The notes beneath the pieces were generated by a model, which had not been told where the DNA came from, searched no databases, and saw only the letters and a list, made by a program, of their open reading frames with translations. The position numbers and the translations under genes were made by a program. Of a stretch of DNA of 64,000 nt, positions 44,774 to 53,107 are shown piece after piece; within the stretch, counting starts at the first letter, position 1, and each line of letters starts with the position of its first letter. The DNA is from Elusimicrobiales bacterium (lineage in GTDB: Bacteria > Elusimicrobiota > Elusimicrobia > Elusimicrobiales > UBA9959): positions 12,557 to 76,556 of the forward strand of contig JAVHLJ010000002.1 in the NCBI GenBank assembly GCA_031082205.1, written 5' to 3'.

Positions 44774-46054
44774 ATGAGGATCCCCAGGAAAGTCGTTCTG
44801 ATAGCGGGTACCGCGGCCCTGATGGGCCTGGTCTTCCCTTACGCCAACTCGGCGGTGGACCAGACCTACCAGCAGCTCAAGACCATAGTGGACGTGCTGG
44901 AGCTCATCAAGGAGAACTACGTCGACGAGACGGAGTCCCAGAAACTGATATACGGCGCGGCTCACGGCATGGTGCAGCAGCTCGACGACTTCTCCCAGTT
45001 CATGGAGCCGGACCTCTACAAGCGCGTCAAGAGCGACACGGAGGGGGAGTTCGGCGGCATCGGCATCCGCGTGGACGTGCGCGAGGGCTGGCTTACCGTC
45101 GTTACGCCGCTGCCCAACACCCCCGCGTTCCGCGCAGGGCTTTATCCGGGCGACAAGATAATCAAGATCGAGGGAGAGAGCACCAAGGACATGATAATCG
45201 ACGAGGCCATCAAGCGCCTAAGGGGCGCGCCCGGGACCAAGGTCAACATCACCACGGCCCGCGAGCCCGACGACAAGGACGCCGACTGGATACAGCGCGA
45301 CGTGGCGCTGGTCCGGGAGCTTATCAAGACCGAGGCCGTGCGCTACAAGATGCTCGAAGGAAAGGTCGGCTACATAAGGCTGATAGATTTCACCGGCCAC
45401 GTGGTGGAGGACGTCAACAAGGCGATGGAGGCCCTCAGGGCCCAGGGCATGGAGGCCCTGGTCATCGACGTGCGCTACAACCCCGGCGGCCTGCTCTCCG
45501 CCTCGGTGGACATCTCCAAGCTCTTCGTCGACGGCAACAGGATGATAGTCTACACCAAGGGCCGCAGGCCCGAGAACTACCAGGAGTTCCGCGCCGGCTC
45601 CAGGGCGCCTTTCCCCAGCCTGCCCGTCGTGGTGCTGGTCAACCGCTTCTCGGCCTCGGCCAGCGAGATCCTGGCCGGCGCGCTGCAGGACAACAAGCGC
45701 GCCGTCATCATAGGCGAGCGTACTTTCGGCAAGGCCAGCGTGCAGTCCATGATCCCGCTCTCCGACAAGTCGGCCCTGCGCCTGACCATAGCCAAGTATT
45801 ACACCCCCAGCGGCAAGTCGATACACCGCGACGCCAAGGGCGAGAACGGCGGCATCACTCCGGACATCGAGATCAAGGTGGACCGCGAGACAGAGACCGC
45901 CCTCATAAAGCAGGCCGAGGAGCTTTTCTACCCGGGCAAGGAGAACGGGCAGAACGGCAAGGCCAAGCCCCGGACCCGCGACGAGATGCTCGAGCGGGGG
46001 CTGGAGCTGCTCAAGGCCAGGGAAGTGCTGGGAAACCTTAGGGCGGCCAAGTAA
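44774..46054 (+). CDS. ctpA: S41 C-terminal processing peptidase (PDZ-containing)
   Basis: AAGGAG SD. PDZ block (GDKIIKIEGEST). Blocks LIDVRYNPGG, VLVNRFSASASEILAGALQD, GERTFGKASVQ. Confidence 0.9.
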   Translation: MRIPRKVVLIAGTAALMGLVFPYANSAVDQTYQQLKTIVDVLELIKENYVDETESQKLIYGAAHGMVQQLDDFSQFMEPDLYKRVKSDTEGEFGGIGIRVDVREGWLTVVTPLPNTPAFRAGLYPGDKIIKIEGESTKDMIIDEAIKRLRGAPGTKVNITTAREPDDKDADWIQRDVALVRELIKTEAVRYKMLEGKVGYIRLIDFTGHVVEDVNKAMEALRAQGMEALVIDVRYNPGGLLSASVDISKLFVDGNRMIVYTKGRRPENYQEFRAGSRAPFPSLPVVVLVNRFSASASEILAGALQDNKRAVIIGERTFGKASVQSMIPLSDKSALRLTIAKYYTPSGKSIHRDAKGENGGITPDIEIKVDRETETALIKQAEELFYPGKENGQNGKAKPRTRDEMLERGLELLKAREVLGNLRAAK

Positions 46055-46057
46055 AAA

Positions 46058-47095
46058 GTGCTGACGCTCGCCGTCGAGACCACCTGCGACGAGACCGCGG
46101 CCTGCGTGCTGCGGGACGGCCGGATAATTTCCGAGGCCGTATTTTCGCAGATAGCCCTGCACCGGCGCTACAGCGGGGTCGTGCCGGAACTGGCCAGCCG
46201 CGCGCACCTGGAGAAGATAAACCACGTCGTGCGCGCCGCGCTGGAAGGCGCGGGCATAAGACTGCCGGCGGGCGCGCGCCGCAAAAAGATATTCGACGCC
46301 GTCGCTTTCTCGCGGGGGCCGGGACTGCCCGGGGCGATACTCGTCGGCCGCGTCGCCGCCCAGACGGCCGCCCGCGTCTTCGGCGCGCCGCTGATAGGCG
46401 TCAACCACCTGGAAGGCCACCTTCTGGCCTGCGAGTTCCGCAAGGGGCGCGCGGACGCGCGGCTGAAATTCCCGCTGGCGGCGCTGATAGTCTCCGGCGG
46501 CCACACCGAGCTCTGGCGTGCCGGCGGCTACGGCGACTACGAGCGGCTGGGGAGCACGCGCGACGACGCCGCCGGCGAGGCCTTCGACAAGGTCGCCCGG
46601 CTGCTGGGGCTCGGCTACCCCGGCGGGCCCGAAGTGGAGAGGCTGGCGCTCAAGGCCGGGAAGAAGAGGCCCTCTTTCCCGCGGCCTTTCATGGACGGCG
46701 GCCTGGATTTTTCCTTCAGCGGGCTCAAGACGGCGGTGGCCTATTACCTGCAGGACAACCCTCGCCCCGGCGCCGCCGCCAAAGCCGCCGTCTGCGCGGC
46801 CTTCCAGGAGGCGGTCGCCGACACGCTCTCGGCCAAGGCGGCCCTGGCCTGCCGCAAGTACGGGCTGAAGTCCGCGGCCGCGGGAGGGGGGGTTTCGGCG
46901 AATTCCCTGCTGAGGGAGCGCGTGACGGCCGCCTGCGCGGCGGCGGGCGCCGCGGCGGTCTTCTCGGAAAAGAAGTACTGCACCGACAACGCCGCCATGA
47001 TAGCCCTGGCCGCCCAGCGCCGGCTGGAAAGCGGCGGGCGGCTGGAGCACCGGGTCGAAGTTGACCCCGACCTGGAAATAGCGGGCTGGCGTTAA
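46058..47095 (+). CDS. tsaD: tRNA N6-adenosine threonylcarbamoyltransferase
   Basis: GTG start. Blocks ETTCDETA, PELASRAH, GVNHLEGH, GGGVSAN. Confidence 0.9.
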   Translation: MLTLAVETTCDETAACVLRDGRIISEAVFSQIALHRRYSGVVPELASRAHLEKINHVVRAALEGAGIRLPAGARRKKIFDAVAFSRGPGLPGAILVGRVAAQTAARVFGAPLIGVNHLEGHLLACEFRKGRADARLKFPLAALIVSGGHTELWRAGGYGDYERLGSTRDDAAGEAFDKVARLLGLGYPGGPEVERLALKAGKKRPSFPRPFMDGGLDFSFSGLKTAVAYYLQDNPRPGAAAKAAVCAAFQEAVADTLSAKAALACRKYGLKSAAAGGGVSANSLLRERVTAACAAAGAAAVFSEKKYCTDNAAMIALAAQRRLESGGRLEHRVEVDPDLEIAGWR

Positions 47096-47140
47096 TATTA
47101 ATTCAACAAATCCCTGCTATAAATTAGGGCGCGAAAAAAG

Positions 47141-48331
47141 ATGAAGATCTGGATACTGTCCGATTACGATTCCCGCAAGCACCTGGCGGTCAAGAACCTG
47201 CTGGCGCGCTTCCACGCGGAATACCCGGAGCACAGGTCCGGTTTCGAGGTGCTCAGCCGGCGCTCGCTCTGGGACGCCCTTTTCGCCCATCTGCGGGACC
47301 CGAAAAACTCCCCCGCGGCCGACCTGATGGAGATCCCCCAGTCCTGGACTCCCCTGTTCGCCAAGCTGGGCCTGCTCGCCGACCTTTCCGGCCAGCTGGA
47401 GGGGCCCGCCGCCCGCTATCCCGATTTCATACGCCGCAGCTGCCTGCCCGCGGAGGGAGGCTCGGTTTACTCCATGCCCTGGTGGGTGGAGATCATCTGC
47501 CTGCATTACAGGGCCGATACGCTCAAAAAGATCTCGAAGGACCCGGAGTCCGACCTCTCCTCCTGGGAGGGACTGCTGGACGTATGCGGCAGGCTTAAAG
47601 CGGCCTGCCGCAAGAAGGACTACTACCCCCTGGAGAATTCCAACCCCTCCGGGGCCGTCAGTGCGGCCGACGTGCTCCCCTGCGTCTGGAGCCGCGGCGG
47701 CGACCTCTTCAGCGAGGGCTTCAGCCGCTGCGCGGTCACGCGCGCCGAGACCGTGCGCGGCATGGAGGACTACCTGGGTCTGGCGGCGAAGGAATACATG
47801 CCGCTTTTCGAGGAGAATTTTCACGAGAGCGGCTTCCTCGCCTCGGGCCTGAGCGACCTGGTCTTTTCCGGCCGCCTGCCAATACAGGTCAAGGCCGGAG
47901 GCCGCGGCGCGCAGATGCGCCCGGTCCCCTACCCCTCGTTCGGCCGGCCCGTCTCGCCGTGCTTCGTGAATTCTCTGGCGCTGTGCAGCGGGGCCGCAGG
48001 CGAAGAAGGTCCGGCTGAACTGCTCAAATGGCTGCTGGACCCCAGGCAGGCCAGGTATTTCACCAACGCCTTCGGCGCCTTCCCCTGCCACAGGCAGCCG
48101 CTGGAGGACGCGCTGGACGCGACGCGCCACGGGGAGATGTACCGCGGCCTGCTGGCGAACGCCAGGCTCAGGCCCGGCGTCACCGCGTATCCCACCTGCG
48201 AACTGCTGCTCGACGCCGCGCTGGCGGGCGCGGCTCTGCGCTCGGCGGAGAGGGACTACGACGGCGAGGACCTGCGCCGGGAGCTCATAAAGATACAGGG
48301 CGAGATAGACTACCTGCTTTCGATATACTGA
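47141..48331 (+). CDS. family-1 solute-binding-protein-like protein without signal peptide
   Basis: SBP_bac_1-like pattern (MKIWILSDYD...F...YP...V.....W..L.......PDLMEIPQSW...FAK.GLLADL; MPWWVEIICLHYRAD). There is no hydrophobic N-terminal signal or lipobox. Confidence 0.6.
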   Translation: MKIWILSDYDSRKHLAVKNLLARFHAEYPEHRSGFEVLSRRSLWDALFAHLRDPKNSPAADLMEIPQSWTPLFAKLGLLADLSGQLEGPAARYPDFIRRSCLPAEGGSVYSMPWWVEIICLHYRADTLKKISKDPESDLSSWEGLLDVCGRLKAACRKKDYYPLENSNPSGAVSAADVLPCVWSRGGDLFSEGFSRCAVTRAETVRGMEDYLGLAAKEYMPLFEENFHESGFLASGLSDLVFSGRLPIQVKAGGRGAQMRPVPYPSFGRPVSPCFVNSLALCSGAAGEEGPAELLKWLLDPRQARYFTNAFGAFPCHRQPLEDALDATRHGEMYRGLLANARLRPGVTAYPTCELLLDAALAGAALRSAERDYDGEDLRRELIKIQGEIDYLLSIY

Positions 48332-48333
48332 CG

Positions 48334-49869
48334 ATGAAGCGCAAGGAACACGATATTTACGAGGAGCTGGAGCGGGCGGTCCTGACCGGGCCCAACGCCT
48401 TCTTCGGCCACCTGCTCAGCGAGCTGGCCGCCGCCTATTCCCTGGACGGCGTCTCTTTCTTCGAGCCGGACCTCAAGCGGTCGCTGCTGGGCCTTAAACT
48501 TCGCTGGAAGCACGGCCTGGTCTTCGAGCACGAGGAGAACATCCGGCTGGACCAGGCCTCGCCGCTCGGACAGGCCATACTGCGCGGACGCTCTCACGCT
48601 GCGCGCCTGCCCGGCATGCATCACCTCTACGTCCCTTTCTCGCTGGAAGGCCAGCCCGGCGCTCCGGGCCCGCAGCGCTCGGGCGTGATCCGCGCCGAGC
48701 GCCTGCACTCCAAGCGCGGGTTCAGGGACCGCGAGCGCCAGGGCGCGGCGGCCATGGTGCGCGGGCTTGTCCGGCACTATTACCGCGCCGAGTACGCCGA
48801 CCTCGCCCGCCGTCACGAGCGCGGCATGGCGGCCGTCGCCGAGCTTACCGAGATCTTCGCCACCTCCATACGCGTGCGCGAAAGCTTCAAGCACATCCTG
48901 ACAGGCGTGCAGAAATATTTCGGCTTCGACCGCGTGCGCCTCTACCTCATAGACAAGGGCGCCAACAAGCTCAAAGGCGAGTACAGCGCCGACATACGCG
49001 GCCAGGTCAAGAGCATCTCCTACGACGAGATCCCGCTCGAGCCCGGCGCGCACCGCTTCGCCGACATCGTCCTGGGCAAGAGCACCGGCGCCTTCATGGA
49101 CCGCTACCGCGAATGCGTGCTCTACCTGCCGCTGGTCGTGCAGGGTTCCACCATAGGCCTGCTGATAGTCGACAATATCCTCTCGCAGCACAAGATAGAC
49201 CCGGCCGACCTAGCCATGCTGAAATCCTTCGCCGGCCAGATAGCTCTGGCCGTGGACAACGTGAAGCTCTTCGACAAGGTGGAGGAGCTCTCGCTGCACG
49301 ACGAACTGACCAAGCTGCCGCTGCGGCGCTATTTCATGCAGCGCTTCCAGGAGGAGTTCTACCGCGCCGAGCGCTCGCGCAAGCCGATGGCGCTGGTCTG
49401 GATAGACCTCGACTATTTCAAGGAGATCAACGACACCTACGGCCACCAGATAGGGGACAAGGTGCTCAAGGAAGTCGGCCGCGTCATCCTCTCCAACCTC
49501 CGCAAGATAGACTTCCCGTGCCGCTACGGCGGAGACGAGATACTCATACTCCTGCCCGAGACCGGCGCCTTCGACGCGAAGAAGCTCTGCGAGCGCCTGG
49601 CCGCCGAGATACGCGACCTCAAGATCCCGGTGCCTTTTTCGCGCAACCGGGAACTCCAGGTGTCGCTGAGCGTGGGCATCTCGGTGTTCCCGCACGACGC
49701 CTCGTCCACCGAAGAGCTGCTGCGCAAGGCCGACGAGGCGCTCTACAAGGTCAAGTCCGGCGGCCGCGGCTTCATCATGCTTTTCGACGAAAAGGCGGCG
49801 GAGGCCCCGGCTCCCGCGCAGGATTGCGCCTGTCCGTCCCCCAAGGAGGCCGCGCCCGATGCGAAGTAA
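48334..49869 (+). CDS. GAF-domain diguanylate cyclase (GGDEF)
   Basis: Internal ATG 3 nt after the upstream stop. GAF-like middle region. RYGGDEILILL active site preceded by RKID (RxxD I-site, 5 residues upstream). Confidence 0.85.
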   Translation: MKRKEHDIYEELERAVLTGPNAFFGHLLSELAAAYSLDGVSFFEPDLKRSLLGLKLRWKHGLVFEHEENIRLDQASPLGQAILRGRSHAARLPGMHHLYVPFSLEGQPGAPGPQRSGVIRAERLHSKRGFRDRERQGAAAMVRGLVRHYYRAEYADLARRHERGMAAVAELTEIFATSIRVRESFKHILTGVQKYFGFDRVRLYLIDKGANKLKGEYSADIRGQVKSISYDEIPLEPGAHRFADIVLGKSTGAFMDRYRECVLYLPLVVQGSTIGLLIVDNILSQHKIDPADLAMLKSFAGQIALAVDNVKLFDKVEELSLHDELTKLPLRRYFMQRFQEEFYRAERSRKPMALVWIDLDYFKEINDTYGHQIGDKVLKEVGRVILSNLRKIDFPCRYGGDEILILLPETGAFDAKKLCERLAAEIRDLKIPVPFSRNRELQVSLSVGISVFPHDASSTEELLRKADEALYKVKSGGRGFIMLFDEKAAEAPAPAQDCACPSPKEAAPDAK

Positions 49870-51223
49870 AACTTTCGTCCCGGCCGCGCTGGCGGCGCTT
49901 CTGGCTGCCGCCCCGGCCCGCGCCGTTTTCGAGGACGTCGGCCTTGGCGCGGACCAGGCCGCCATGGCCTGGTCGGGCTCGGTCCTGGACGGGCACGGCC
50001 TGCTGAACCCCGCCGCGGCCGGCGGCACGCGAAAGACGGTCGCCGGGGCCCATTACCTTTCGTCCCGCCGCCTGCCCAACGGGCCTTACGATTTCGACGA
50101 CTACGCCTTCGACCTGCGCCGCCCGCTGATGCTGAAGGGCCGCCAGGGCACTTTCACCGGCGCCCTGCGCTACCGCACCGACGGCTCGCTGGCCCGCCAG
50201 CGCGACATCGCGCTGGGCTGGTCGAGCTGGCAGCTCCTGCGCGCCGCCGGCGGCTCGCTGGACCTGGGAGTCAATTTCCGGATGCAGCAGGTCACGCATA
50301 TCCCCAGCAAGGAGGCGGTCAGCAATCCCGGCCTGGACATCGGCGCGGTGTACCGGGGAGAGGCGGGGCTGTCCTACGGTTTTTCCGTGCTGAACCTCGG
50401 CAATCCGGAGTTCGAGGCGGGTACCCTGGCGGACAGTGCCCCCAGGATATACAAATTCGGGGCCGCCCAGTCCGCGAGGCATTACCGGCTGGCCATGGAT
50501 TTCACCCGACGCTCGGACTCCGCCGGCCACGGCTCCACCTACACGCTGAGCTCCGGGGCCGAGCGGGCCTGGCATTTCCTCAGGCGCGGCACGCTGCTGG
50601 CCAGGGGGGGGCTGCACCTGGGCGACGCCTCTTCTCTACTGGCGCTGGGCGCCGGCTGGAGGCTGGCCGAGTCCGACTTCTCGTACGCCTTCATGCTGCC
50701 GCTGAGCGGCGGCCAGGGCGCCGGCCACGCTCTGACGCTCAACCTGCGCTTCGGCGACAGGGACGCCTCCCAGGAATGGGAGAGGCTGCTAGAGCGGGAG
50801 ATGAAGTTCCGCAAGGACCTGCTCCAGGCCCTCGACGAGGCCTCGCTGCGCGAGGGCGCTCTCAAGGACGAGCTGGATTTCCTGCGCCGGGAGTTCGTCG
50901 CCCTCAACGCCATGTTCGCCTCCGAGTCGGAGCGGGCGGCGTCCGCCGGCGACCAGAAGCGCCGCGTCGAGGCCGCCCTGGAGCGGCAGCGCCGGGCCGC
51001 GGCCGAGCTGAAAGAGCTGGAGGAGAAGCGCCGGAAGGACAAGCTGAACCAGCTGGCCTACCAGTTCAGCGTCGATTTCGAGGCCTACCTGAAGATGAAG
51101 GCGGGGGGAGCCCCGCCCGAAAGCCTGCGCGCGGCGCTGGGCCGGGTGATAGGCCAGTACCAGGATTCGGGCATAGACATCAGCCGGGCCACGGTGGAAC
51201 TGCAGTCGCTGGTGGGGAAATAG
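49859..51223 (+). CDS. PorV/UPF0164-like outer-membrane barrel with ~150-aa C-terminal coiled coil
   Basis: Start overlaps the end of the cyclase gene by 11 nt. Signal peptide. N-terminal block ...GLGADQAAMAWSGSVLDGHGLLNPAAAG. The barrel ends with ...HALTLNLRFG, followed by heptad-rich sequence. Confidence 0.6.
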   Translation: MRSKTFVPAALAALLAAAPARAVFEDVGLGADQAAMAWSGSVLDGHGLLNPAAAGGTRKTVAGAHYLSSRRLPNGPYDFDDYAFDLRRPLMLKGRQGTFTGALRYRTDGSLARQRDIALGWSSWQLLRAAGGSLDLGVNFRMQQVTHIPSKEAVSNPGLDIGAVYRGEAGLSYGFSVLNLGNPEFEAGTLADSAPRIYKFGAAQSARHYRLAMDFTRRSDSAGHGSTYTLSSGAERAWHFLRRGTLLARGGLHLGDASSLLALGAGWRLAESDFSYAFMLPLSGGQGAGHALTLNLRFGDRDASQEWERLLEREMKFRKDLLQALDEASLREGALKDELDFLRREFVALNAMFASESERAASAGDQKRRVEAALERQRRAAAELKELEEKRRKDKLNQLAYQFSVDFEAYLKMKAGGAPPESLRAALGRVIGQYQDSGIDISRATVELQSLVGK

Positions 51224-51318
51224 ACCCCGAAACTTTTTGTTAACAATTATTTCACCGCCCCTTAACGGCCTCCCTAGTAAAATAATGTGACCGCCGGGCC
51301 CGTGGCCCGCGGCCTTTT

Positions 51319-53040
51319 ATGGAAAATTCCGAGCTGGACAAGAAGATATCCGAGGTCTGGAAGCGAGTGGCCGGGACCGACCTGCCCCCGGCGGCGCCGC
51401 CCATGCCGGAGATGCGCGAATCCTCGGTGGAGACCGTCCGGTTCCTCAAGGACAATTACGGCAAGGCCCAGGCCGAATGGGAGCGCCTGCTCTCGGCCAA
51501 GGAACTCAATCTCCGCGACCTCTCCTCCCAGCTGGAAGAGACCCGGGCGCACCTGGCCGAACTCAAGCAGCATTACGCGGAGGCCCGCGAGAAGCTGGTC
51601 ACCGAGCAGCTCAACACCGCCCTCAACCTGGAGGAGACCCGCAAGGTCCTCCGCGAGCAGAAGGCGTCCCACCACAAGGAAGTGCGCCTGCTGCAGGAAG
51701 TGCTGGAGCGCGGCAAGAACGAACTGCGCGAGCTGGGGGCACGCATCGAGGCCCTGACCCGCGAGCGCGACGAGCACCGCCGCAGGCACGGCGAGTCCAG
51801 CGTGGAGTCCGCCAACCTGCGCGACGCAGCCGCGGCGCTGGAGAAGAAGCTTTCCGACGCCAAGGCCGCGGTGGAAGCCACCCTCTCCGAGCTGCTGGCC
51901 GAGCGCAAGGAGCGCGCCGAGGCCAACAGGCGCATCAAGGAACTCGAGCGGAAGAACTCGGAGATGGCCGAAGAGATCTCCGCCGCAAAGGCCGCCTGGG
52001 ACGCCGAGCGGACGCAGTGGAAGGAGCTCTGGGAGCGCGAGCGCTCCGTCTGGGAGACCCACCGCCAGGAATTCGCCGTCTGGGAGGAGCGCCTGCGCTC
52101 CGAGCGCCAGGCCTGGCTGGAGAAGCTGCGCGGCGAGGAGCAGAAGGGCCTCGATCACGCCGAAGGCCTGGCCAAGGTCCTGAAAGATTCCTCCGAGTGG
52201 TCGCAGAAGGTCACCCAGGTCCTGCAGCTGTACGCCCTGAAAGGGGTGGAGCTGCCCAAGGTTTTCGTCTCGACCCCCTCGGGCCCCGTGGAGCGGACCC
52301 GCGGCCTGCGCCGCGCCTTCATGATGGCCGGCGCCGCCCTGGTATTGCTGGCCGGCACGGCTTTCTATATACACGATTACCGCTCCAAGCCCCATTTCAG
52401 GCCGCTGCAGTCCTGGCCGCTGGACCTTAAAGGAGTATCTTATATAGCCGGCTCCGAGGAGGGCCTCTGGCTGGCCGACTGGGAGAGCGGCCTGGTGCTC
52501 AAGGACCGCAGGGACATGGCCACGCTGCGCCGGATAGACGGCAACGCCGGCGTGCCCCTGCGCGCGGCCGCGGCCGCCCCCGTGTCCGGCTCGGTCTGGG
52601 CGCTGGACCTTGCCCAGCTGCGCCTGGTGCGCAAGGAGTCCGTCTCGGGCCGCGAACTCGACAGCGTCCGCACCCCCGGCCCCGCCCCGCAGGGCCTGGC
52701 CCACGACGGCCACAGCCTCTGGTCTTTCGACGCCGCCTCGGGCCTGTTCTACCGCCACGGTCCCGACCCCGCCAGGGGGGCGCTGGCCAGCTACGAGATA
52801 AAGGGCGTCAGGACCGTCAAGGCCATGCAGTGGGCCGGCGGCCGCCTCTGGGTCCTGGACGGCGGCGGCCGGCTGGGGATATACGATTTCACCCACGAGG
52901 GGTTCAGGAAGGCCTCGGGCAGGGACCTCGGTCCCGGGGCCGAGGGCTTCTGGCTGGACGGCGAGAACTTCTGGACGCTGGAAAAGGCGCGGGATTCCTC
53001 GCTGCTGGAGCTCAGGAAAAGCGGCGTTAAGTTATATTGA
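51319..53040 (+). CDS. coiled-coil / single-TM / beta-propeller-like hypothetical protein
   Basis: About 330 aa of coiled coil (E/R/K/L-rich), then a TM segment AFMMAGAALVLLAGTAFYI. The C-terminal ~220 aa carry a repeating xLW/FWxxD motif (GLWLADW, SVWALD, SLWSFD, RLWVLD, NFWTLE). Confidence 0.65.
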   Translation: MENSELDKKISEVWKRVAGTDLPPAAPPMPEMRESSVETVRFLKDNYGKAQAEWERLLSAKELNLRDLSSQLEETRAHLAELKQHYAEAREKLVTEQLNTALNLEETRKVLREQKASHHKEVRLLQEVLERGKNELRELGARIEALTRERDEHRRRHGESSVESANLRDAAAALEKKLSDAKAAVEATLSELLAERKERAEANRRIKELERKNSEMAEEISAAKAAWDAERTQWKELWERERSVWETHRQEFAVWEERLRSERQAWLEKLRGEEQKGLDHAEGLAKVLKDSSEWSQKVTQVLQLYALKGVELPKVFVSTPSGPVERTRGLRRAFMMAGAALVLLAGTAFYIHDYRSKPHFRPLQSWPLDLKGVSYIAGSEEGLWLADWESGLVLKDRRDMATLRRIDGNAGVPLRAAAAAPVSGSVWALDLAQLRLVRKESVSGRELDSVRTPGPAPQGLAHDGHSLWSFDAASGLFYRHGPDPARGALASYEIKGVRTVKAMQWAGGRLWVLDGGGRLGIYDFTHEGFRKASGRDLGPGAEGFWLDGENFWTLEKARDSSLLELRKSGVKLY

Positions 53041-53107
53041 TTAACGGGACGGCAAAATGCGAGAATTACGGTGCTTTTCCCCTATTAAAAGAACGGAGCC
53101 TGAGATT

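Noticed and set aside
48028-48333. N-terminal extension of the GGDEF ORF.
   Set aside because: It overlaps the 3' end of the SBP-like gene in another frame and is Arg/Ala/Gly-rich. The ATG at 48334 follows the upstream stop by 2 nt.
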